DNA of 60,149 nucleotides, filler included, from Basidioascus undulatus (taxonomy: Eukaryota): NCBI GenBank assembly GCA_000826855.1. It is 5 parts of 5 records of this genome, joined end to end, with 100 filler letters (N's around TTAATTAATTAA, not from the genome) between each part and the next. Parts side by side here need not be neighbours in the genome. Positions count along the whole stretch, not along the records: positions 36,186 to 48,121 come from JTLS01000968.1; positions 48,222 to 60,149 come from JTLS01000969.1; 3 more parts are not named here. One strand, given 5' to 3'. Every line of letters begins with the position of its first letter. The stretch's first letter is position 1. The notes under the pieces were generated by a model, which did no database searches, was not told the origin of the DNA, and was given only the letters and a program-made list of their open reading frames with translations. A program made the translations under genes and the position numbers. Below are positions 38,250 to 51,700 of the stretch, piece by piece.

Positions 38250-39817
38250 CGACAGTTGCTTCACACTCCCCGCCGGTACTGCACAAATCGCTCCCGCCAG
38301 ACCCTCGCGCCCTCCTCAGCCTCCAGAATCCTTGGCACTCTCCCTCTTCCTCGGCCGGCAGTGCCGGGTCGGCATCGTCATCATCGGGGACTCGATGCGC
38401 CCATGCCAGCACCTCCAGCGCCAGGCACACTTCGGAGTAGGCCGCGACTGATCTGGAGTGGGCAGCTCCGTGACAGCGAACGAAATGCCGAGGGACCAAA
38501 GGGGAGAGAAGAAGGACGGTTTGAGCTGTTTATCAAGACAAGGGTCAGCGTACTAGCCAACTTCAAGGTCACATATTCTGAGACGCCCACTTACACGGTA
38601 CATCCTGACCCGCCTTCCACAGCCCCGACTGGATTCAGTAATCAGGTGACTCTCCAGCACCTCGCACTGTCCCCACCAGCTGCAGCATCTTTCCGGTCTC
38701 CTCGAGTTTGAGCAGCGGCCAGCCTCCGACGGTGAGGCCCCTCAAGACCTTCGCCTGATCAAGGCGTACGATGCGTTCTAGCCTGCTGCGCGTGCCACCC
38801 ACATGAACTGTGAGTGTTTGAATGCTGCCGCAGGAAACATCAGGGTCAAGCACCCGGACTGCAGCTTGGAAGCCGCCCTGAAAGTGGGTTGAGATTGGCC
38901 AGAGCGCCCGGGGGCGGCGGCGGGTAATCGAACCGGTCGTCTGAGGAAAGCATGAGGGAGGACAGTGCATATGCAGCCCTGAACAGCTGAGCAGGTAGAC
39001 CAGGTTGAACGGCAAATATCGGCCTCGTCAGTTACGTCAAGCACGTGCAGAGCTGGAAGCCAGTGAACCGGGATATCTGCCGGGGTGAAGTGCTGCCAAT
39101 GTGGTAGAACTATAAAGACTCCAAAGTGTTCGGAGCCGCGAATGACAGAACGTACGAAAGCCCTGTACGGGAAAGCAAAGCGCGGAACATTCAAGTCAGT
39201 GCCACCAACGCATAGATCTGGGCTGAACCAAGTCGTACCTTATTATGCGATGACCGGAGAAGACATTCACGATGGAACCCTGCACATAGTCTTGATAAGG
39301 ATGCCGGCAACCCAGTGCGAATCTGGTCAAAACCGCTCATCCGGATCGGCACCCGTTCTTCCGCCAGAGCTGGCACGGCAGAGCTTTGAACCAGCGTTGC
39401 AGACCACCCACTCGTACCGGGATTACGCCCCCAATCTCCACCTTTCGGACCTTGAGGATCAAGTCCAGATCGCGAAGTGCTGGGAGCCCGCATACGGCAT
39501 TAAGTAAGGCGAGCGTGTCCTGGACGTCGTCCCGGTCAGCTGCACCGTAAGGCGCTCGAGCGAAAGAAAGCTGGGACGGAGAGCGGAAGCGAGGAGTTTG
39601 GTCGTCCCTCAGCCCGTACCACCGCGAGCGATCGAAGCAGGACTGAAGTCTCGCCCAGGATGGGGGTCGAGTGAAGCAGGAGCGGGTCCAGCTCCGCGTG
39701 CGCACCGCTGTTGACAAGACTAAGCGACAGCAGCGAAGGCAGCCGGAGGTGGGAGGCGATGGAGCGCAGAAGCTCCGGGGCGAGCATAGTAAGGGCGGTC
39801 CCGCTGGGGTTCGACAT
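38250..39817 (-). pseudogene. Decayed F-box/LRR gene
   Basis: MSNPSGTALTMLAPELLRSIASHL...LLSLSLVN (F-box). LRR-like pieces (LPALRDLDL, LPALHVLDV, IQTLTV) lie in different frames without clear splice sites. End is approximate. Confidence 0.5.
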
Positions 39818-40549
39818 GGTGGTGGTTTGAGGAGAGGGCGTGTTGGCGCGGCGGAGTTGGGAACGTTCTGACCTTTCGTGTTGTTTCGGATGTAACAAAG
39901 CATCACCACCTTTCACATGGCACTCATCGTTGTTGTTTCTGTCATTGGCCTCCAGAAGAAGCCTTCTATAATCTGTAGATGCTTTCATCGATTGCGTCCC
40001 TGCCCCATTTCACTCGACTGCCCTCCCTCAATCCTACTACAGGCAGTCCACGCGGCACTCGCTACAGCCGTCCGGCGGTCTGGCACCTTTTTTGCTGAGG
40101 AATGTCGTTGGAATCATCATAGAGTAAAAGTAGGACTCATGTACCGTAGGTGTGTGATTGTGAAGACAGTATTGTTCTTCTACAGACTTCGACAGCCCAA
40201 ACTTGACAACAGACTTTCTGCGCTCTTCGGCGACAGAGATGCGAATATATGTTTCTGCCTGAATGTAAATAATAAATATCTAGAATTTTCGCAGAAGGGT
40301 GCAGAGCCAGTGTTACGTCCACTCCGGAAGGAGCTGCTTTGAACGGCACCGAGTCTCGTTCGTGAATCGTGAGAGAATCTGATATTTGGTTGCGCCACTT
40401 AAAGCTGCTATCGCCGTGGAGGAGGAGTACATTCATGAAGTTTGATCAAAGAGCGGAGATGGTATTGATATGACCCAATGGGGGACGATGAAAAGGTTTG
40501 TCCGAACAAATCGCTGTACAATGCTGCCAGCCAAGTCTGCCGCGCTCAC

Positions 40550-41500
40550 TGAAGGCGAAAGAGAGCTTCAGCAGAAGCTGGAACCGGACTTGGCCCTCTG
40601 CTGTTCCTGTTACGTAAGGTCAGGAAACAAGTCTGTACTATGTGCGCAGGCAACCCATTCCACTGTACGTAGATATGACGAAGACACGCTCAAAGTTGCG
40701 ATTGGTTGCAGCGATGCCGAACAGGACTGTCAGTCACCGTGAGCGTGCGGATCTTCAGGAGGGTGAGCACGCCGATGAGATCGGGGCTCAACGGCGGAAG
40801 TTCAAAATGGAGGTCTAGGTTTGAGAGTGCCGGAATGGTGTTGAGAAGGGTTCCGACGCCTTTCATAATCGGAAAGTAGCCCATAAATTGCGGGAAGAGA
40901 AAATCGACTTTCGGGATGCGAAGACAGAGGGTGGAACAGTTCAGAGCGCCCTGAATAGCTCGAGATCGAAAATGAGCCCAAGCGTGCATGCAATGAAATT
41001 GGATTCGATATGCGGCCTCTCCCAGGTCAGGTTGAAAGTGTCGAGGTGTGTACAAAGGGCGCAGATTGCGGCCAAGCGGCGAGGCCGACAGAGCTTGTCG
41101 AAAATCACCCTCAGAATCGATGGGTTGTGCCTTTGATGCTCTTCCACATACCAGGCGTAAGCGCTGTCCTTGTCTCGGCCGGAGTCAAAACGGGGCAGGT
41201 GGTTCCTCTGGACTATAAGCTCGCGAATGTGCGTTGGGTCGTAGAGGGAAGCAGCTCCTTGCTCAGGAAGCGCACCGACAGGGACCATTGGGCCTGCGGA
41301 CGTTCGAAGGTAGAGACCGAGTCCGTAGCGAACCCGAGAATCGAGACCAGCAGCTATAGGGGAAGTCTGGGCGTCGCTCGAACGCCAGGGGAGTATTGGC
41401 TGTTGCCCATGAGGTTCGTGCAGGAGAGGAGGTCTCGAAAGACTTTGCTGAATGGGTGGAAAGGGTGCGACTCGATCGAGCGGCAGAGGGATAGAAGGTG
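40550..41500 (-). pseudogene. Decayed LRR/F-box-like gene
   Basis: HIRELIV, LDTFNL, IPALSNLDLHF and KIRTLTV pieces are broken by a frameshift and stops. Boundaries are approximate. Confidence 0.35.
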
Positions 41501-42699
41501 ATGGTGGGAGCCAAGTGGGTCCGAGGCTGTCTTGCTATCGGCAGGTCTGAGCTGACACGATGTTTGGGATGGCACCCCACTCTTGACCCTTTCATGGACC
41601 GGCGAATAAGTTAGTTTCTCAAGTTGAGAATCTGTTTGCCGTAATCTGCGGGCACCCGGATAATTCATGCCACAGCCTGACAATCGACCGTGAATCACTG
41701 CATCCGTGGAGGAGCCGCGGCAACATGTCCATGTCCTACAAGTGACTGATTACTGAAAGCAGGTCATGCCCACATAATGCAACTTGAGCACACCTGCCAG
41801 AGCGTTGGCTGTCGCGCTTTTGGGTCGCCTCGATCGCCGTGTCGATCTGGGCTGTGGCTGTATGAAGCTAGGGATCATAGGTAACCAAATTCACCCTGTT
41901 TTCCGGAACTACCCTGGAAGATATGGTCTGTATTACCTCGAGATGTTATGGTAACGTCGGTCAAACGATAGTCAGGGCCGGCAGGGCCTCGGAAGTAGCA
42001 CACTTGCAGCACGGCAGCCTGTCTGCAGAGTTGACATAGATCAGTGAGCGGAACATAGTACCCTTGCAGCAAGGGACCTTGAAAATATTCCAGCTCTACT
42101 TGCACGCTCATTGATAAGCCTTCGAAGCGAACCGCACAGCAATGTGACCGAAGACGGCAGATCATGTCGAGCTGATCTCGAGCTCTCTATGAAATGAACA
42201 TCAGAACTCTTTCTCTCACCAAGATTGGCCCAATTTACTATCCTCTAACAGACTGAGAGGGCTCAAATGTTCATTGGGAGTACGTCAGCAGGTAGTGAGG
42301 GGTCCCGGCAAGTGTGACAAGCCTCAATGCAGCTGGCAGCCAGCTTCGTACAGTTTCGACCTCGCGCTCACTGATGGCATCCACCGGCTCCGTGCACACC
42401 TCAGAAGACCCCCGGACTTAGGGACTTGTGCGGGTTTCCAAGGTGAAATACTGGCTCAACGACAAACTGTTCCCAACACTGCAAGGCTCAAGCAAGGCCG
42501 CTCACGCTCACGTGCTGCGTGCATTGACCTTTTCAACATCCGGTTTGCCACTGGCAGCGCGTGGCTTGCTCCTCGACGGTCCGGTTTTCCGCCTTGGTTG
42601 TGAACCATCAGCTCCTCACTTTTGCGCGAGTCTTTCTCTAGACGTTTCCTTTACTCACTCCACCGTTCGCTCGATGTCGACGAGCTCACATACTTTGGG

Positions 42700-43829
42700 A
42701 TGCGTTTCGAACTACTCATCATCGTGGCTTTGCCACACATACTACTCTCAACGTGCATACACCCGCTTGTCGTCGCAATGGCACCTCTTCAATCGTGCCC
42801 TAACGCTTTCCTGGACTTTGCAGAGCCTTTTCAATGCATCATGTAGTGCGGCAGAATATCAATAATGGGACAACGATCTCGCCAGGATCAACCAATAGCA
42901 CCAACTCGACGTCGCCCAGCAATGTCACGGTCCCCGCCAACACCACTTCTCCGGTAAACGGCACCTCCCCAACAAACAGCACCTCCCCTAGCATGAACAG
43001 CACCTCCCCGATCACGAACAACACTCCACCGACGGCAAACAACACTACGCCTACAGCGGACAATGTCACTGTCTCCATTGGAACATGGTACACCGGCGGC
43101 CAAGGAACGTTCTACGATGTCGGTCTAGGTTCATGTGGTTGGAAGTCGTAAGCTGCTACCATCCTCTCAACACACGAATTCTTTGCTCGAATGAAGTAAC
43201 ACCTGTCGCTTTACCTTTTTCTCTGCAGCAAAAGCTGCCAAAAAGTCGGCGCTGTTTCGCACCTGCTCTACGACGCGTGGCCTGGCTATTCGGGTGTGAA
43301 TCCCAACAGCAAGTACGTTCTCTTGTCAGAATCTGACGATATTCCAATATGCAATGCGATGCACTAATCCTCGGCGTTAGGGGGGCCTGTGGACAGGTCA
43401 TCGAAGCCACCTTCGAAGGCAACAACGTTGAGATAGTGGTCGTTGACGTACGTGTTCCTCGTCTTCCAAAGGCCTTTTATTTACCGTGGAGTATTCCCAT
43501 AACCCCCAATTTCACAACAGGTTGTACGGGGTGCAACGTCAGCGATCTAGACTTCTCAGTGCGTCCCACATGGCAGCAAAGCTCTTTCTCCATGCTCATG
43601 CCTGGCGCATGCCGCTCACGCCTTCAACTTCCAGACGTCCGTTTTCAAGAAGCTCGTCAAGGGTGCGACCCTCAACTCGGGCAAAGGGCTCGACATTGGG
43701 CGCTTCAACAATCTGACGTGGCGGTTCACGGGCGAGGTACGGGAGAAGTCGGCTGCCGACCTTCTCCTGCCGCCGTCTTTGTTTGCGGGGGGACTGGCTC
43801 TCGTTCTTGCGGTGACATTATGCAACTGA
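42700..43829 (+). CDS. DPBB / expansin-like (loosenin/RlpA-type) cell-surface protein with N-glycosylated linker
   Basis: Hydrophobic N-terminus MRFELLIIVAL and an NxT/S-rich linker. Motifs GQGTFYDVGLGSCG, AVSHLLYDAWPGY..NPN, CGQVIEATF, VVVDGCTGC..DLDFS and LTWRF. Hydrophobic C-terminus. Confidence 0.82.
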
Positions 43830-44167
43830 GTTCGAGGAAACGCCCCGGGGTGTGCGCGTGTGATGCAGAGCTGAGAGCGCGTATGAGCAGATAACCAGGC
43901 AGACGGGCTTGGGTATTGGGTATCGATCAGGGGTGGAGTGATTTTGAAAGCAAAGCGGTACTCTGGAACTAGAAAGCAGTATCAACTAAGGTAGTCCGAA
44001 GACATACGTACGTGTGTGTAAGTAAGTAGAACGAGAAAAGGTATATGGAGCGAACGGGTAATGGCAAGCGGAAAGCAGCAGAACAAAGAACACAGAGGGG
44101 AAACCAAGATGGGAAATGAGCGAAGTAGCGAAGTAGCTCCAAAACAAGGGAAGGTAGAAAAAAGAAA

Positions 44168-47100
44168 TCACCCCGTCGACGACCCCGCGGGGTGGTGCGC
44201 GGTGCGAGGCGAGTGTCCGCCGGCGCTGCCTGTGCTGACGCTGGGCCGCGGGCTGGGCGGCAAGCCGACGAACGAGCGCGCGGAGGGCGAGCCGGACTCG
44301 AAGTTAAGCCCGCGCTCGGAGGGCCAGCGCGAGCTGCTGGGTGAGAGATTCGCAGCGGGCGGGGGAACGTCGATTGTGATCATTTGGTCGAGCGGGTCGG
44401 CTGTCGAGCTCCGGTCGTCGTCGTCGTCGTTAAGGTCGTCGTCGTCCGGCTCGGAGGGGCCGATGTCTTCGCCGTCGGTCGACTCTTCTGCTTCAGCGGT
44501 CGCTGGAGGGGCAAATCAAAAGTCAAATTGATGCCAAGCGCAAGGTCGAGGAACGTCGAAAACGCACTTCTCAGATCCCGCCCAGCCAAACCGAGCATCT
44601 TCTCGACGTCGCCGCCCTCATAGATCGCCGAGTTGCGGTTGTCCCGCGCCCGTCGCGGTGGTCGCGGCGGGGGCAAGCCCGCTCCGCCGGTGAGGGTACG
44701 CTCGCCCGAAGGAGCGCCGATCTCCTGCTGTCCTCCGGTCCACGATGCGGGGTTCGCGGCCGTCTGCTGCTGCGGCTGCTGCGATGCCTGCTGCTGCTGC
44801 TCCGCCGCCGCCGCGACGTCGTCCTCGATCTCGAGCGGCGCCGGCTGACCCTCCTCGGTGACGTTGAAGATGTACTGGTACTCGGTGAGGAAAAGGCTGA
44901 ACAGCGGGGCGGGAAGACCGAGCGTCGGGGAGAAGACGATGCCGACGTTCCTGAGCGTCATGCGGTTCTTCTCGGCGTTCTGGACGATCGTGATCAGGTG
45001 CGCGGTGAGCGCGCGCAGGAGGCAGTAGTTTGCCTCGGGCAGCTCGCTGACAAGTCGGCCGAGCTCGCGCACGCGCTCCTTCGGGTCGAGGAGGTCTGCA
45101 GGTGCACGTGAGTGAGCGATGTAGCGACGGCGATCGAATAAGACGGCGTACCGACGACGTGGAGGAATGGTAGGTGCAGGTCGCGCGTCAAAACGGACGT
45201 CGGAAGCTCTCTCAGGAAGCCCTTGAGCAACCCGGCGATCGCGTGCGGGTCGTAGTACTCCCCGCTCTCCAACAAGTCGACATCTCCCTCTGCTCATCCC
45301 GCACCGTCACCCTCCTATCAGAACTTGATTCTTGGCTCCTTCAGCTGCAGACCCGACGCACCTTGGTTGAACCTCTCCCTCAGCGCCTTGATGACCGCGC
45401 TGGACCCGGAAAGCCGGTATAGGCCCTCCTCGTCCTGTGCGTTCTTGGCCTGGAGGTACTGGATCGCGCGGAAGACGATCGCGGGGAGGCCGCCAACGCT
45501 CGCGACTGAGAGGCTCTCACTGAGGGGCACGCCGAACACGGGACGAGGCTGCGCGGGGGCACCGTGCTTGTCTGAAATTAGCGGGGGGTGTCAGTGTGAG
45601 TTTCAAGTCTTTAGAAGGCAAGACTGGGAGAGCACCGAACGCACCTCGACCGCCTCCGCCGAAAGCGCCCCAGAACCTGCCGGACTTGGCTTTCCGGTCG
45701 CGCTCGCGCTCCACGGGCGCCTCCTCCTTCGCGCCGAACCTGTATCCCTCGGGGATAGGCGTGCCGTTCATGGGGCCGGAGATCTTGCCCCTCGCGCTCG
45801 GGGAAGGCCCGACGGCGGGCGTGGCGGCAGCGGTGGAGCTCACAGACGAGGACGAGACGGGCGGGTTGAAGCTTTGCCTCCTGACGTCTGCGCCGCTCGG
45901 CCCGCCGGGCGTGGGGATGAACATGCTCGCGCGGTTGCCTGGCGTGCGGCCCTGCGAGCCGGGCGGTGCAAGGTCCATGTATTGACCGAGCTCCGAGTTC
46001 GAGCGGGGCGGCTGCCAAGCGGCGGCAGCAGCAGCAACCCCACCGCCGCCGCCGTTGCTGCTGCTGCCGCCGAGGGCGCCGAGGTTGTTGGGGAGCGAGG
46101 AGGACATGGGCATGTCGGACGGCGGGGCGACGAGGTGGCCGAACTGCGGCTGGTGCTGGATCGTGATCGGCGGGCGGCCAGGCGTGCTCAACGGGGCCTC
46201 GACGTGGAACTGCGGCGGGGGCGTCGCGGAGCTCATGCTCATCGGGCTGTCGCTGCGCTTGAAGTCCTCCGCGACGCTCGTCGCCGACAGCTTGCGGCCG
46301 TGCTGCCGCGCCGCCGGGATCCCCTGCGCGGGGACGTGGAACTTGCCCGCGACGTCCGGGGGGAGGTTGGAGATGGGCTGTGCCGCGCCCTTCTGGACCA
46401 TGATGTCGTCCTTGCTCATCTTGCGCCCGCCGCTGAGCGTCCCGCGACGCTGCGGCCCGCCGGCGCCCTCGGACGACGAGGCGATGCTGCCGGACGTGCC
46501 GGAGCGGGAGATGGGCGCTGGAGACGGGTCGGCGATGGGGGAGGAAGAGGACGAGGACGGCGCGCCGGCGGACGCGGACGCGGTGGGCGCCCCCTTCTTG
46601 ACGTGGTAGAGGAGGACGGCGATCCATGCGTCGCGCTCCTCGTCGCTCTCAGCGCAGAGCACGTGACGGTCCCGCTCCTTGCCCGACTCGGTGCGCTCGA
46701 CGATGAGGAACGCGTGACGGTACGAGTCGTGCTGGGTCGAGTCGGATTTCGACGAGAGCGACGTGGACGAGGAGGACGGGTCCGTAGCGCGCTGCTGCTG
46801 CCGCCCAATTTGCGCATCCGCGATTCGGATCGAGCCGATGTGGTTTCCGCCGCGCTGTTTTCCATTCCCTTTCTTCAGCCTCCCACCCTTTTCTTTCCAA
46901 CCCCATCAGCGAAGACGCACCGTCTCAAAGTAGTCCAGCGTCCCCTCCTTGCTGATGACGAAGAAGCGCGTCTTCCAGCCGCCAAAGTTCTTGCCGCGCT
47001 TGGTGAGGTAGCCCTCCTTGTACCCGACCGGCGCGCTCGCTCCCGCGGACGCGCGCACGAGGTCGGTCGAAAGGAACGCGCAGACCTCGGTCTGCGGCGT

Positions 47101-48121
47101 GGGCGTGCCGAACGGAGGGGCCGGCGTGGGCGGGGCGAGCGTGAGGAGCGAGTGAAGGTAGTTCTCGAGCGTTGCCTGGTTTCCCCAATCACATCAACAC
47201 CCCTTTCTTCTGCTGCGTGATGCTGGCCTTGAATAAAGAGGAATGAGGCTCGGTACTCACTCTCCGCTGGTCGACCTTATTCGGTGCCCGGTCCTTCAGC
47301 AGCGCCTTGTCCGGCAAGGGCGCGACCCTCCCCTTATTGACGCTCCGATTCGGCGCGCGCCTGATGAGCTCCTTGATGCGCGCGTCCAGCGCAAGGACGT
47401 CCGAGTAGAGCTTGTCGATGCGCCACTCCGCGCCGGACTCATCGTGCCGGAGGCTGATGAGGAAGGACACGACGTCCTTGCCGCGGTCGTTCGTGCGGAT
47501 CGCGGACGAGCGCACAGAGAGGTGCAGGACGGGGAGGTGCGAGGGGAGAAGGCGGAAGGTCGTCGGTTGGGGAGGGGCGGGCGCAGACGGCCGAGGTGGA
47601 GGTTGAACTGAAGGAGGGTGAGGCATCGAGCTCGACTGCGCTTGCGTAGGCGTTTGCTGCTGCTGCTGCTGCTGCTGCTGCCGCGCTTCCAGCGCTTCCA
47701 GCGCTCGACGCTCGGCGTCGACTTCGTCGCGTTGCCGACTCAGGATCGCCTGCCGCTGCGAGTTTTCGTCCGCGCTGGGCCCTTGCGGGGACGGTGCGGA
47801 CGCGCGCGGGGTGGACGGCTCGGGTAGACGCGGCGAGGCGCCTTGGGGTGGGGTGGTCGGGTCCTGTGGGGATGGCGCGGCGGTGGTGGTGGTCGAGTCG
47901 GCAGGAAAGAAGGGTGATACGGGGGGGACGTCGGGGAGTCCGACGAGTTGGCGAGGGGTATAGGAGAGTTCTTGGGGGCGCGAGGGAGAAGCCTCCGAGG
48001 GAGAGAGGACGGATTCCGCGGTGAGGGAGGGTCGTCGTGTGGTATCGGCGGAGAGGGAGGGGCGCGAGGATGAGGGAGTGGAAGAGCGGCGGAGGAGGGG
48101 GTTTGGGGAGAGGGGTTTGGG
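44168..48121 (-). CDS. BEM3: PX-PH-RhoGAP (Bem3-like), 5' truncated
   Basis: PX: WRIDKLYSDVLALD...LPDK...KVDQRR. PH: KEGYLTKRGKNFGGWKTRFF...LCAESDEERDAW. GAP: VFGVPL, EEGLYRLSG (Arg finger), DPHAIAGLLKGFLRELP, NRMTLRNVGIVFSPTL. Confidence 0.88.
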
Positions 48122-48221
48122 NNNNNNNNNNNNNNNNNNNNNNNNNNNNNNNNNNNNNNNNNNNNTTAATTAATTAANNNNNNNNNNNNNNNNNNNNNNN
48201 NNNNNNNNNNNNNNNNNNNNN
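48122..48221. other. Artificial contig linker
   Basis: Same 100-bp spacer. Confidence 0.97.
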
Positions 48222-48716
48222 AGGGCGAGGGGGGTGGAGGAGGGGGAAGGGGAGGAGGCGTAGATGGGTTATAAGAAACGGATGGGCTGCGGATGCGAGG
48301 ATGCAAGCTTGATGCTTGCTCCAAGCTTGTTGGTTGCTGTTTCGCGGGCAACGAAGCGGCGTTCGGTACATGTTCACAGTCTGCAAGACGTCGCGCTGTC
48401 GTTAGACGGATACGGCCGCTTTTAAGCAGACGTATCTCTGTGATTCCACCACCAGAGATCTGGGCGACAACATTCCAGCTTGGCTGGCGGGTCGACCTTC
48501 GTGCAGCAACTTGTCCGTACAGTGTCGATGGCAGTCTGGCCATTTCATTCCTTTGTCACCCTCTCGAAACTATAGACATGGTATGTTTATCAGTGGATCG
48601 CAGTATTTTACATCGAGAATCGCGCCTCTTCGTATAAACGAGGCTCTTCATATTAACTATCAAAACAAGCGTTGGCTACCAAGAGCGACCTCGACGATCG
48701 CGGCACGTCTTCGGCC

Positions 48717-51700
48717 TTACTCGGTGTCGTACTGCGCAATTGAAGCAAGCATATGACACATCAGCAAGCACGTCCGACCAAACATGTCGCCTTTGACCGA
48801 CCATGAGCGCGAGCGAGTACGGGAATGGCGACTCCTGGTTGTTGGGCGTCAGATACATGTGGGCCTTGCTACCGTGGAGGTTCTCGGTGAAGCGCGCGAA
48901 CTGGCCCGCCTTGCCGGGGGCGCGGCGGAGGTTTTTGAGCTTGAAGATCTGTGTGTGTGTGAAGATAGGCGTGTCAGTAGAGCGAGACGAGAGGATGAGA
49001 GCCCGCCGGCGCTGGGAGACGTACCTCCTTGAGCATCGCGAGCAGGGAGATGCCGACGAGCTGTGGGACGGGGGGAGGGCATCATCAGCGTATTTAAAAT
49101 GCGGGGGTCATTAGCGGTAGTTAGCGCACCCTCGCGCCGAGGCAGTAGTGCACTGGGAGGGTGGAGAAGGTGAGTTGGAGGCTCGAAAGCGTTGCGAAGG
49201 TTTCTTTCACTCACTGCCGTGGCCAAGCTGAACGGTCCAAGGAGGTGACCGGTTAGAAGACAGCCAGACAAAGACAGGCGGTCTCGAAACGTACCAGCAT
49301 GTAGCTGCTGCGCGGGCGCTTGGGGTCGATCTTCTCCGGCTCGGGGAAGACGGCGGGGTCCTGTTGGTCACAGGCGCAACGGCAGGGTTAATTACCAGTT
49401 CTGCGGAGCGATTGCAAAGATGACTCGCCATGTTCGCGTTCGAGAGCGACACGAGGATCCTGTCGCCCTTCTTGATCTCGACAGTCTTGTCGCCGTCCTG
49501 CACGGTCGTGTCCTTCTTGGCCATTCCTGCAAGGGCGAGCGAATTGAATTGCAGCCGCAGTTGCAGAAGAGTGGGTGAGTGAGGATGCAAAGCATAAAAA
49601 GGAAAAAGGATGTTATACGAGGAATGCCTATAACGACCGGTGCCAGACGCAGACCTGTGCAAGGTATGGGGAGAGGAAAGTTGTCAAGTCTTTGAACTGG
49701 AGCATGGCTTGGAAGCCCGAGCACTCACCCTCCCAGATGTAGCCAAGCAGCTCGTCCTCGGCATCCTTCGTGTTCTGCGCCACGAGCTCAACGATGCGAG
49801 CCTTCTCTTTCGCGTAGGCGGGCTCGAGGTACAGGTTGACCAGGAGTCCGCTCTGTGAAAGGGAAATATGACAATCAGCGGCGATTTCAAACAAGGACGT
49901 GATCTCGGTAGTCACCTGCTGGGTGATGTTGCCCGCGATGCTATAAACCGAGTATGAGTTAGCAACAAACCCAAAACGGTTTTGACGTGCTTCGGAGCGT
50001 ACGGAATCATCGAGCCAATGCACCTGGGAGAAGGGTACAGGCATTAGCAGATGTTTCGGGCTCAAAGCGACGACTTCGATTTGGGACTCACTCGGCTGTG
50101 AGATCCTCGACGGGCTTGCCCGACTTGACGAGCTTGCCGTAGAAGGCGTTGGCCTGGGCGCTCGCGCTGTTAATGTCATTCCATGCATTAGTGCAAAGCG
50201 TTGGAAGTAAAGACGGAAAACATGTTCTTACGCGAAAGGCGTCTTCGACGCCAGCCAGCGCTCCACGCGGTCCTGCACAGGGAGAAGCTCAAGTTCAGCG
50301 GAGAACTTTGACAGCGCTACGCGAGCTCCTACTCACGATGAAGCCGGTCGACGAAGACTTGATGCGGGCCTCGATGATGGGAGAAATAATGCGGGCGCTC
50401 TTGATGGCGGCCTCGCGGAGCGTCCAGCCCGCCTTGGGGATGAGGTCGAACGACGAGTAAACGAACAGGCTGCAGAGCATCGCGTAGAGCTCCTTGGGCG
50501 ACACCAGCCCGTGGGGGTTCTCCTTGGTCTTAATGGGGATCGCAAAGCGGTCGGCGATGAAGACTGCAGGTCAAGTGGAATAAATTGAGCTATTTGGTTC
50601 GTAGTGAAAAGTTAGAAAAGGACGTACGAATGGGAGCCACGTTCGTCACGTCCCTGACGATGTCGACGTACCGCGCCTTGGTGTCGGAGAGGTTGAAACT
50701 GCTTTGCTTGATCAGGTCGGCAGTCGACTTGGCGAAGAACGACGCGAGAGGGCCCTCGAAGCTGTCGAGCCCGAGATTGAACAAATGAGCGGAACGGCCG
50801 TGGCCTGGCCAAAGCGAGGATACACACCCGGGCTGGAATAGAGCACCTTCCACACGGATCTTGGCGGGGTCATGGCGCTCGGGCTCATCCCAGCCGATGA
50901 GGAACTGCGAGAAAAGCAAGGTCAGTTATCGAGAGTGTCTGGGAGGCTTTCGAGGTATGCGAGCTACTCACGCCGCGGTCGTTGGTGACCTTCCTGTTCA
51001 CAAGAAACAAACAGGAAATTAGCACTTTGAGAGAAGCAATTCCTTGAAAGCGGGACTCACCTAATGTTGACATCGTACAGGACGCCGAACGTCTCCCGGT
51101 CCTCTGTGCAATGGCAAGAAAATGTGTTAGAGAAGTCTTCCACCTGACTGGGCATCAAAGATACATAAACTACCCACCGAATATCCTTTTGCAAGAAGCG
51201 TAGGTGTTGATGCCGTGCAGCGCGGGCTGCATGCCCGGACGAGAGGTGTCGTAGTCCTTGATGCGGCCTTGCGTCGTCTAATCACAACGAATTGTGATGG
51301 TGGCGTCAGTTGTAAAAGGTAGGAAGAATTCTACTCTTTTTCAAAGGACTCACAAGAATCTCCTTGATCGTGGGCGGCGTCAAGAAGCCAAAGTGCGCGT
51401 AGGTCGAGTTGAAGGGGTACGCGGTCGGCAAGGTGTTGAACAGGATCTTGGACAGGATGCCGCCGCGAGAACCGGGCGCCGGCGTCAGCTGCTCGAAGCC
51501 CCAGCTGGTAAGGGTGTTCACGGATAAGTCGTTGGTGAGGAAGCGGTCGCCTGTGCGTCCCAGGGGAGTTAGCTTGGAGCGGACATCGATTCAGACGCTC
51601 GCGGACTTGCCGCGGACGAGCGCGACAGCGTCATCGAGAATGCCGCGGGCGATCGTGTGGCCTGGCGCAACACCGCTCCCCCGCATCGAGGGCTTGGCCT

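Noticed and set aside
28500..42400. Search for transposons, LTRs, CRISPR arrays or viral genes in the lower-GC gene-poor stretches
   Set aside because: I recognised no reverse transcriptase, integrase or transposase motifs, terminal repeats or repeat-spacer arrays by eye. Old relics cannot be excluded without a database search.
45325..47220. 631-aa plus-strand ORF
   Set aside because: It is the antisense shadow of the GC-rich RhoGAP exons, with Arg/Gly/Ala-biased composition and no motifs.
47655..47681. (CTG)n microsatellite
   Set aside because: It is a short poly-Gln-type tract in the disordered RhoGAP N-terminal region and is unremarkable.
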